A stretch of 63,774 bases of DNA, the filler included, from Octopus bimaculoides (lineage: Eukaryota), in NCBI RefSeq assembly GCF_001194135.2. It is 6 parts of 5 records of this genome, joined end to end, with 100 filler letters (N's around TTAATTAATTAA, not from the genome) between each part and the next. Parts side by side here need not be neighbours in the genome. Positions count along the whole stretch, not along the records: positions 1 to 12,869 come from NC_069004.1; positions 12,970 to 25,048 come from NC_068983.1; 4 more parts are not named here. One strand, given 5' to 3'. The notes beneath the pieces were generated by a model. That model had not been told where the DNA came from. It did no database searches and worked only from the letters and a program-made list of their open reading frames with translations. How positions within the stretch are numbered: position 1 is the first letter of the stretch; each line of letters starts with the position of its first letter. Shown here piece after piece: positions 11,701 to 21,180 of this stretch. Position numbers and translations under genes: made by a program.

Positions 11701-11984
11701 AGGTATATACATAATTTAGAGAAAAGAACCAAAGTTCATGAACTCATCCATGAAAATCCATGGCAGTCACACAGAAAAAATTAATAAGTAAATACACGAT
11801 AAATAAATATAATAAAATACAAAGTAAAAATCATAAAATAATAATAATAAAACGACTACACGTGTTTCATAACCAAGTTTTCAAATAGAAAATGAAATAT
11901 ATTCAAATCGATTAAATCGATCGAAAATCATTTCTATTCAAAAATATAGCTCTTGGAGTAGCTTGTTCAAAATATTCGGTTAGC

Positions 11985-12297
11985 GTATCTCGGAACTGTT
12001 GCGTTCGCGAATCTCGGAACTGTTACGTTAGAGTACCTCAGAATCTCTCAGGGTGACCAGCAGACGACACTCAAATTCTGTCGAAACTGATTTCAATCAT
12101 CTTCTTCTTCCACCGAGTTATTTTGCGTTCGCGAATCTCAGAAATGTCGCGTTAGAGTACCTCAAAAGTGTTGGTTTAGAGTACCTTAAAAGTAATGGTT
12201 TAGAGTACCTCAGAATCTCTCACAGTGATCAGCAGACGACACTCAAATTCAGTCGAAACTGATTTTAACCCTCTTCTTCTCTCACCAAGTAATTTTG
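11985..12297. repeat. Hierarchical local tandem duplication
   Basis: A ~125-bp unit (12000-12124) is repeated at 12125-12297. The second copy has an internal triplication of a ~21-bp TTAGAGTACCTYA-containing unit. Confidence 0.85.
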
Positions 12298-12869
12298 TCT
12301 GAAATAGTCTGTCGATAATTCTGTGTCTGGGAAAAATTCCAGTCGACGCCAGAAGATGACGAATTTTTTAAATCATTGGAAAGAGCTTCCTCTGTTGTCC
12401 GGTGAAGTGGCTCGTGAGATGATTTGTGGAATAGTGTCAGCTTTTAAAGTGGTCAGTTCCGAACGCCATATTGTTGTTTGAAGTATGGGAAATAGTTTTT
12501 GTATTCTATTATTGGTCGTATCACAAAGTGTATATGGATGTATGTATGTATGTATGTATGTTATGTCTATGTATGAATGTATATGTGTATATGTATGTTT
12601 TGTGTATGTATGCATGCATGTACGTATGTATGCATATACGTATGTATGCATGTATGTATGGATGTATTTATGTATGTATGCACGTTATATGTATATATAT
12701 GTGTATGGTGTATGTATCTTTGCATTCATCCATGTGCGAATGTATATATCAATGAATGTACGTATTTGTGTATGTATGTATGTATGTATAAGTGTATGTT
12801 GTATGTATGTATGTACGTATCTATGTATAAGTATATGTTGTATGCATGTATGCATGCATGTACGTATGT

Positions 12870-12969
12870 NNNNNNNNNNNNNNNNNNNNNNNNNNNNNNN
12901 NNNNNNNNNNNNNTTAATTAATTAANNNNNNNNNNNNNNNNNNNNNNNNNNNNNNNNNNNNNNNNNNNN
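12870..12969. other. Artificial scaffold-join linker N44-TTAATTAATTAA-N44
   Basis: Exactly 100 bp, with a 12-mer carrying stop codons in all six frames. Identical blocks at 25049-25148, 55047-55146, 60349-60448 and 62457-62556. Confidence 0.9.
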
Positions 12970-13465
12970 GTTCTTTGAGCTTAAAACTTTAACACATCGT
13001 GTTTACTGTTCCTGTGTATGTGATAAAATCACCATTCCCTTTTTTTGTTATATTCCAACACTCCATTTGAGTGTTAAATAGAAAAATTTTATCACCAAAT
13101 ATGTTGGACAATAATTCTATTGTATTTTTAAAATAAATTTCATTGGTTTTTGGAGGCCAATATGAAATTACAGTTATGTTCATGCTCTAACAGAGCAATA
13201 ACAATCTCACTTTTTGTTCATCCAACCATGATTTGCAATCTTGCTTAAAAATCTATTTCTACCTTCTGTAGTATGATGCAAAAGTTATACCCTCCTCTGG
13301 GTTATAACTGAATTCATTAATGAAATTTGAAATGCCGTCTGGTGAAAACGAACTTACCTCGGTTTTGGACTTCTTTGAATATAGCTCCAATAATTGTTGT
13401 TGTAGTTGTTGCTGTAGTGGTTGATTTTGCAACTCCTGTTGCTGCTCTTGTTGTTTCTTTTGCAA
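12970..13465 (-). pseudogene. Ty3/Gypsy gag fragment (K02A2.6/Mag-like), decayed
   Basis: ORFs 13259-13465 (...SNFINEFSYNPEEGITFASYYRR) and 12989-13183 (KTNEIYFKNTIELLSNIFGDKIFLFNTQMECWNITKK...DFITYTGTVN), with DCKSWLDEQKVRLLL in between. This is the typical gag N-terminus of that group. It runs into the linker gap. Confidence 0.8.
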
Positions 13466-13562
13466 CTGTACTATGGAAGCTAATAAGTTTTCTACTATTT
13501 AACAAGTTGTATCACAAACAAAGTGTTAAATAACCTATGTGAGCTTTGAAACCCTCATCAGA

Positions 13563-13829
13563 TGTTGTGATGTAATTTGTTACGTTCAATAAATAAGATA
13601 ACCATACAACAGCTAAAACAATGTAATGAACTAACAAATCTCTTTATGAACCAACAATCAATATTTCTTGTGAACTAACCAACCAACACTTTCCGACTTC
13701 ACTGCGTACTAACACGAACTTCACTTGACTCCGAACTCTGAACTCTAATTCATTCAGATTGTTACTATTTATACTTTACTTGGACCAGTCTATCGCTTGC
13801 AAGAGGGCATCATAACTCTCATCACAACA
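13563..13829 (-). mobile_element. 5' LTR (267 bp) of the Gypsy element
   Basis: Minus strand begins TGTTGTGATG and ends CATCACAACA (10-bp perfect terminal inverted repeat). It contains TATAAATA, precedes the gag ORF, and interrupts an R4/Dong reading frame exactly at its start. Confidence 0.8.
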
Positions 13830-16245
13830 TTCACATTCACACCATTTATCAGTATGATCAAATCCTTGCTTTCTACATAACTCCTAGTGGATTACTTTTC
13901 CTAGGCTGTAATGTCTTTTCTTGTATTCTTTCTGTGCCAGCATGCTACATTCACTTACTACATGAGTAACACTTTCCACTTTTGATTTATATAACCTATA
14001 TTGGGAATCTACCTGGTTTTTGTCTATCTTGGCATTTATCCTATTAGTCCTCAATGCTTGATCATGTGCTACTACTAACAAACTTTTTGTATCTCTTTCT
14101 GCAACCATAAATGTTAGATATGTGCCACTATTATTGTTTCCTGCAATTATCTTTGAGAATCTACCATGCAAAACCTTGTCTTGCCAGTTAGATAATCTTT
14201 CTTCCTTTTTCTGAATTTTAACTTCATTTGGCTTGTTAGCAGATCTTAATAAACTTTTTTCACTATTACCTACATAGGAGGCTATATCTACTCTAACTCA
14301 CTCCACAGTCTTCTACTGATATAAACCTGCTTCCATCTTCCTGTCTAAGTATAACATTGCTACTACTGTTCTTGGATGAAGTCCTCCATTCATATTGAAT
14401 TCCTTCCTAGTTCTTGTCTAGATTTGCTAATTCAGATTTTGTCCAATCTATAAAAGCTGCTGAGTATTTAAGTAACAACACTGCCCAAATATTTACAGCT
14501 TTCACTAGATTCAGACCATTTAACTTTGACTTCTTTAGCTTCCTCACCCTTCTGATGTACTCCTTCTCAATTTTCGCTTTCATTTTTATAGTTAGTACTC
14601 TGTCAGATTCTAATACTCTCAGATACTTATAACTCTGTCTTTCTTTCACAGATATTAATGTCTGGCCATCTGGTAATTGGATGCCTTCACTGTTGACTAC
14701 CTGTCCATTTTTCATGACTAATATTGTATACTCATCTATGCCAAATTCCATATCTATATCTTTGCTGAAGATTCTTGCAGTCTGTATTAAGGAATCTATC
14801 TCTAAAAAGCTTCAGATCATTCATATAGAGCAAATGGTTGATTTTTTCCTTTACTATCTCTAAACTGATACCCTGGTTTTGCCTTTCTTAATACTAAGCT
14901 TAATACTAAACGGGGATTAAGCATAGCACAAATATTAAAGGGGACAAGTTTCCCTGGAAAATTCCTCTCTTGATATTAACTTTTCCGAAGGCTGTGTCAC
15001 CTGAGTAGAGATCTACTTTTCATTTCTTCATGTTATAGCTAATTAATGTATGTGGGATCATGTCATAGGCTTCCCTATAATCTATCCATGCAATTGTTCT
15101 TTTTTTTTTCTAGATTTTATTTAATTTAGAACTACTTTGTCTGTATATAATAGATCATGCATTCCTCTAGCCTTCTTCCTGCAATCTTTTTGTTCTTCTG
15201 GCAGCAAATTCTGATTGTCAGGGTGCTCATAAATGCTTTTTGAAAGCATTCCTTTTAACAGCTTCCACACTATTGGTAAGCAAGTGATTGGTCTATAATT
15301 CCTAGCTGTATTACCCTTGCTTTTGACTTTCATAAGGAGTACTGTCCTCCCTCAGTCTTCCATGTAAGCTACTCAATTTCTTTAACCAGTACCCTTGAAC
15401 TAAATCTGGTTCTGGGCTCTTCCAATTTTTCTTAACACTTTACTCATTAATGCACTAGTTAGTCTTAGATCTGGCTGCTTTTCACTCACTACTTCTTCCC
15501 TCACTTTCTTTAACCATGCTGCATTTCCATTATGATTGACTGGATTATCCCAAATATTACTCAAGAACGTTCTAGCTTCTTCTGCAACTTCAGTACTTTC
15601 TTCTACACTATTTATTTGACTATAAAATCTCCTCTGGTCTGTCTCAAATAATCTATTCCATTGATACTGATCTATTCTTTTCTGATGTCTGGACAGCTTA
15701 CCTGCTATTGTCATGATATGCTGTTTCAATTCTTCCATGACTGTCCCAAATCTTTTTCTCTTCGACTAAGTATCTTTTGTGTTTCCTAACTTGTTCAGTT
15801 TCCAGGCTTCTGTTCTACTCACTTTATTTTGTAATCTTCTAGTAACTACTACCCCTTCTGCATAGATCAATAAATTAGTATCACCTATATTTTTAGTATA
15901 TATCCTACTGATAAGAGAATTTACTTTCTTAGTCATATCTTGCAGCTTTCTTCAGTTGGTACCTTTTAGTGCTGGTAATCTTGTTCTTTCTTCTTTATTC
16001 ATTGCTTCCTTATTTAACATGTTCTGATCTTCCTCACTTCAATTGTTTAAGCCACTGGTGCCAGTTGTTCCTACGTTATTAGTAGTGCTATTATTATTTT
16101 TCCCTTTTGGTTCTTCTTTGGTTTGAACTGTATCTCTTATGTTGTTGTTTGGCTTTTCTACTGCCTGGTCTTTTTTTTCCAGTTCTGTCCACCACTTTCT
16201 TCTCCTAATATCACTAGCTTGGTTTACTAGTCTTTGATATCACTT
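13830..16245 (-). mobile_element. R4/Dong-clade non-LTR retrotransposon copy 1 (5'-truncated, internally deleted, cut by the Gypsy LTR before the RLE domain)
   Basis: Fragments EELKQHI...NRLFETDQRRFY; NYRPITCLPIVWKLL...LLPEEQK; AWIDYRKAYDMIPH; KRGIFQG; HLLYMNDLKLF; MEFGIDE...YKYL; ALRTNRINAKIDK...ESVTHVVSECSMLAQKEYKKRH; IH*ELCRKQGFDHTDKW. Many stops and frameshifts. Confidence 0.9.
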
Positions 16246-16263
16246 TATCATCATCATTATTAA

Positions 16264-19200
16264 TTTTTTTATCACATGTTTTGTTGGAACTCCTGGAGTC
16301 TTGCATGCATAGCAGGTTTGCTACCTACAGCTTACGGTACCATGCTATCCATTCTTTTCAGCTACCTAATACTTGCCTGATTATTTTGGCCATGCCAAGG
16401 AGGCAAACTTTTTGTGACAGTTTTACTGAGCACTCCATTCCAATTTCCTTTATATTCCCCTTGATGCCTTCAGATACTGTTCCCAAGGACCCAACAATAA
16501 TTGGCACTATCTTCACCTTCTTCATTTTCCATAGCTGGACTATTTTGAATTTAAGAGGGTTGTATTTATCTATTTTTCGCTTCCCTTCTTGACTCTTCGT
16601 GGGTCAAAGGGGCATGCAGCATCAACTATATAGTACATGTGGTGCATCTTGTCGACCACTACTAGGTCTGGTCTGTTCTGCTCTAGCACCTGATCTGTTT
16701 GGATTGGGAGATCCCAGAGGATTTTGCTAGTCTCTAACTCCACCACTCTCTGCAGTTTGTGCTTATACCATGTCTTGCCTCTCTCTAGCCTTCACTTTTC
16801 ACACAGGTTCCAATGTAGCACTTTCGCTACCTGATCATGTCACCACAACTTGTAGTGGTTTTGGGTGAGTCTAGGGTATTCGTTTGTAATATGGGCAATG
16901 ATTTCATCTGATGGATTCATACAGATGTGGCACGGGGGAGACACTTGCTCATTCCAAAGATTGACCCTCCAGTTCGTGGCCAAAGCTTGGTCTTGCACTG
17001 CCAGTATAGTACTCTCGATTTCTTTTTAGTGTTCCTTTCTTCAGCCAATCTCACTTATTTTTTCCAGCAACTTCTGTTGTGGCCACAAGGAATTGATTGT
17101 GTAATTCTTTGTTGCGTAATTCTTCTTTGTGTCCTGTTTGTACTTCTTCCTTTGTTTGTCCTTTTTTTTCTCTCTGCTTTCAATACTCCCTTGTTCCTAA
17201 CTGACACTAGCAAGGTTTCCTTACATTGTGCTAGGTTTCTCATTAAGCTCTCAAGTTCAATACATACACAGTCTTCCACACTTATCAGTCCTCTTCCTCC
17301 AGTTGCTCTCTTCATATATAGGCAACCGGTGTCTGCATGTGGATGATGGGCTCCATGCATCATTAGGAGCTTTCTTGACTTCCTGTCCATCTCCTTTAGC
17401 TCCTACTCTGTCCACCTCCTTTAGCTCCTCCTCTGTCCACTTTAGGATTCCAGCGCCATACCAAACTACTGTGACTGCATGTGAGTTTATTGCCAAAATG
17501 TTTCTGGCATTCAGCTTTGAAGCCAGTATTTTTCTCACTCGCTGCAGGTACTCTCTTTTTGTATTTTCCTTCATGTCGTTGTGTTTAATTCCATCTGCCT
17601 CAGGTATTCCTAGGTATTTATAGTTGGATTGAGGTTAAATTGCCTTCATCATCTCACCACTTGACAAACCTATGCCTTCTGTCCTGATAAGCTTTCCTCG
17701 TCTCATCACCATCATAGCACATTTTGAGAGCCCAAATTCCATCTTAATATCATTGGGGAAAATCCTCACAGACTAGACTAGGCTGTTCAGTTCTGCCTTA
17801 CAAGTTGTCCATGTGTTTCAGTTTTCCCTTACCTCTTCCCAGGTCATACCCCAACTTTGTTTTCTGTAGTATTTCACTCAAGAAGATCCTTCCCAGCACA
17901 AAAAGCAGTGGGGACACACTGTCCCTCTAAAAGATTCCTCTCCTGATTTTCACCTTTCCTAATAATTGATTTCCTGCTGTCAATTCCATTCTCCACCATT
18001 TCATACTGTTCCATATAAGGTTTCTCATGTTTTCTGCTACTCCATACATTTCCATTGTTTTTATTATCCAGGAGTGTGGTATCATATTGTATGCTTTGTG
18101 ATAATCAACCCATGCCATGCTCAGATTTGTGTATCTTCTCTTGCAGTTTCTGATAATTAGATTATCAATTAAGTGCTGATCCTTCATTCCCTGGCTCCTC
18201 TTTTGGCACCCTTTCTGTTCCATAGGTAGTAGCCCACATTTTTTTAAAGTTTCTATACAGTTCACTGGCCAAAGCACCTGACATTAGTTTCCACATTAGT
18301 GGAAGATACATTATTGATCAACAGTTTGATGTAACACTTCCCTTTTCAGGATCCTTGGCACATAACAAATATCTTCCCCTTTGTTATCCAGCTGTTCCTG
18401 TAAGCACTCATCTAATGGTTTCATTATCATTTCATGGAGCTCTCTCAGCTTCTTCATTCAATAACCTCTTAACAGCTTTTTTATCATTTCTGTAGTTATT
18501 TTTATGTCTTCTTGGCCTTCTATATTTCTTAACCTATCTTGGATTTCATGCAGCCACTCCACTTCATCATTATGCTCTACAGGTTGGTCTCAGACCCCTT
18601 TCCAGGATGCCCTACTTTCCTCTGCATCTGGTTTCATTGTTATTGTAATTGCCCATCTAGTTCCTGAAACAGTTTCTTCTGATTTGCTTCAGATAATCTG
18701 TTTGCCTGAATTGTTTTGCTCTATTGACATACCTTTCCAGTTTTGCTTCAATTGCTACTACTCTTTGTTTCAATTCTTCCAATATCACATCATACCCTTT
18801 ATCTCTTATTCTATAGGTTCTTTCCAGCATTATTCTTATGCTTTTGTTCTGCAATTCCCCTCTACTCAATCTATCAACTTGTCCTAAACATTTTTTAAAC
18901 TTTGTTTCTCACAAATTCGTCTATGCCAGTATGGTTCTTTACATTCTGTTTGTTCTCTTCTTTTGTATCCAACTCTGCCTGCAGCAACCATAACTGGAGC
19001 TCAAATAATCTTGTTAGTTTCAGTTATATTTCTCATCTGGAATAGCCCAAGGACCAAATCTATCTTTTTGGTTTCAACTTTGAGCTTGCATTGATCAAAG
19101 TATCTCAGATTGGGGGGTGGGGGTGGTGCTTGATTCTGGTCTTCTCTAATATATAGGCGCAGCATCCTCACTACGTCTTCTTGGTTGTCATCATATTCTT

Positions 19201-20234
19201 GTGATATAGCTCTTCCCATTATTTCTGCTTCATTTGCTGAGAATGAATTTACATTTACACTTTGCTTTACATCACTGCCGCCATTCATTGCTCTGTCCTT
19301 GTTGGGCACATTATTTATTTTCTACTTTCTCTAATTGAAGAGATAAGATATCTCTTCAATTTCCATGTCTGTTAAACACCCTTTTGCTCTTATTACTCTT
19401 GCCTGGTTGGCTAGCTGTTGCTCACTTATTTCAAAGAGTCCTATTTCATTCCATTTTGCTTTCATGCATTGTTGGAATCCCCTTCTACTGGATTCACTCC
19501 TGATCCAGCATTCAATTACCACTCAGTTTGCCTCCTTATCCCACCTTCTTCTCTGCTTCTGACTGTGTGTATAAGCAGTCTCTGGATGACGAGCTGGCCT
19601 GCACCACTCAACCACTAGCCACCTGTCTGGTGAATGGCTTTCACCTTTGGTTCCAGCCTCATTAACACCATTATTTGATACATTTGTATTAGACATTTTT
19701 CACTCAACATTGAGATATTTGTTTTAAGGTTAGCTACCAACCGGTATCGAAACACCATCTCTAATAAGATTGTCAACCAAGACTGCAGAGCTCTTACTAC
19801 CCATAAGTTGGGCCTGTTCCAATCACATTTCTGTGTGTTGGGGACCATGACCATGACTCTCACTCAGAGATAGGTAAACATCAGTTAGTCCCGTAATCCA
19901 AATATTGCTCCAAAGTTAAGTTTCAATTCCCAGTTCATTCGCCTTCATCCCAGGCATGGAGCCATTGGATACTGGTAGGTTGTCATCACTGTGACTAAGG
20001 AGTCCTACCTAGCCCACTTTTAAATCAGAGTGTTCCTTCTCCTAGACAGACTGCCAACCAAGGCTCACAAGTTCTGTCTACCTGTTTTCAGAATGGCCAT
20101 TGGCCTCTGCTCTTTGCCAGGTTTTACTTTTAATCCCACAGGGTGTCGAAAATTCACCCTCCTCACCACACAAGCTTAGTGGGGTTGCTAGTTTAGTTAC
20201 CGACAACTTGACGGTTGCACTTAATTGTTCTAGG
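16264..20234 (-). mobile_element. R4/Dong-clade non-LTR retrotransposon copy 2, apparently full length (~4 kb), decayed
   Basis: N-terminus VIECWIRSESSRRGFQQ...EQQLANQARVI; [11 protein letters not shown]...[17 protein letters not shown]...RRGIF; thumb REYLQRVRKILASKLN; RLE endonuclease ILWDLPIQTDQVLEQNRPDLVVVDK...IVDAACPFD...KIDKYNPL...PIIVGSLG...QKVCLLGMAKIIRQVLGS*. Short 3' UTR into AAT/GAT repeats; degenerate TAA/TAG repeats at the 5' flank (20235-20350). Confidence 0.9.
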
Positions 20235-20347
20235 TTATTATTTACATCTTCACTATTATAATTCCACTATTACTACTATAATCCCTACCTTATTATTTAC
20301 TTTTTCACTACTATAGTTTCACTATTATTACTATAATTATATTATTA

Positions 20348-20400
20348 CTACTAGTAGAGATACCCAGCGTTGCTCGGGATTAAAATGGCATAGTTTTTTT
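20348..20400 (+). mobile_element. Possible Helitron/Helentron-type non-autonomous element 5' end remnant
   Basis: CTAGTAGAGATACCCAGCGTTGCTCGGGA has a small CCCAGC/GCTCGGG hairpin and resembles the CTAG...ACCCGGCGTTGCCCGGG starts of such elements. The rest is lost under a SINE. Confidence 0.35.
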
Positions 20401-20407
20401 ATTGTTT

Positions 20408-20620
20408 TACTTGTTTGTCATGTGACTGTGGACATGCTGGGGCACTGCCTTTAGTCGAAGAAATCGAACCCAGAATTTGTTCTTTGTAAGCCTCGTATTT
20501 ATTTTATTGGAGTGTTTTGCCAAGCAGCTAAGTTACGGGGATGCAAACACAGCAACATTGGTTGTCAAGCGATGGTGGGGGTACAGATACTCACACACAC
20601 ACATATACAACATATATAAA
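20408..20620 (-). mobile_element. SINE family B, 3' half
   Basis: TTTTACTTGTTTGTCATGTGACTGTGGACATGCTGGGGCACTGCC...GGTTGTCAAGCGATGGTGGGG, then (CA)n. Confidence 0.85.
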
Positions 20621-20624
20621 AATT

Positions 20625-20910
20625 GTGGAGGCACAATAGCCCAGTGGTTAGGGCAGCTAACTCGCAGTCATAGGACCATGGTTTCGATTCCCAGACAGGG
20701 CGTTGTGAGTGTTTCTTGAGCGAAAACACCTAAAGCTCCACAAGGCTCCAGCAGAGGGTGGCGGCGAATCCTGCTGTACGCTTTCACCACAATTTTCTCT
20801 CACTCTTTCTTTCTGTTTCTGTTGTACCTGTATTTCAAAGGGCCAGCCTTGTCATACTCTGTGTCACGCTGAATCTCCCCGAGAACTACGTTAAGGGTAC
20901 ACGTGTCTGC
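20625..20910 (+). mobile_element. tRNA-derived SINE family C, 3'-truncated by the Penelope-like terminal repeat
   Basis: A-box TAGCCCAGTGG, B-box GGTTTCGATTCCC. Body shared with 8980-9070 and 36520-36640. Confidence 0.85.
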
Positions 20911-21031
20911 TTCAGCTTTATATTACATTAATATTACATTTATATTACATTAATCGTATTTCAGCCAGAGTTCTTTCGTCACACTTCTGTGACCTCATCA
21001 GTGGTCTTTTGCTTTCTTCTTTCTTATTTGT
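20909..21031 (-). mobile_element. Inverted copy of the Penelope-like element's 3' terminal region (pLTR-like)
   Basis: Its reverse complement aligns with 23084-23192 (ACACAAATAA.AAAGAAGAAAGCAAA.GACCA.TGATGAGGTCACAGAAGTGTGA...CTCTGGC.GAAATACGATTAATGTAATATAAAGCTGAAGC). Confidence 0.88.
20963..21007 (-). ncRNA. Minimal type I hammerhead ribozyme-like motif in the PLE terminal repeat
   Basis: CCA-CTGATGA-G-GTCAC(AGAAGT)GTGAC-GAAA-G(AA)C-TC-TGG. Core intact, 5-bp stem II with one extra G, 3-bp stem I. A mutated direct copy lies at about 23109-23153 (+). Confidence 0.55.
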
Positions 21032-21180
21032 GTAGTCGCCTTTAGTTGAGCAAATCGACCCCAGGACTTATTCTTTGGAAGCCTAGTACTTATTATATCG
21101 GTCTCTTTTGCCGAACCGCTAAGTTACGTGGATGTAAACACACCACCATCGGTTGTCAAGCGATGTTGGGGGACAAACCT
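21032..21180 (-). mobile_element. SINE family B, 3' part
   Basis: GCCTTTAGTTGAGCAAATCGACCCCAGGACTTATTCTTT...TTTTGCCGAACCGCTAAGTTACG...GGTTGTCAAGCGATGTTGGGGGACAAAC. Confidence 0.88.

Noticed and set aside
11845-11890. GAAACACGTGTA palindrome on the minus strand suggesting a hammerhead stem III
   Set aside because: No CUGANGA core or stem II upstream.
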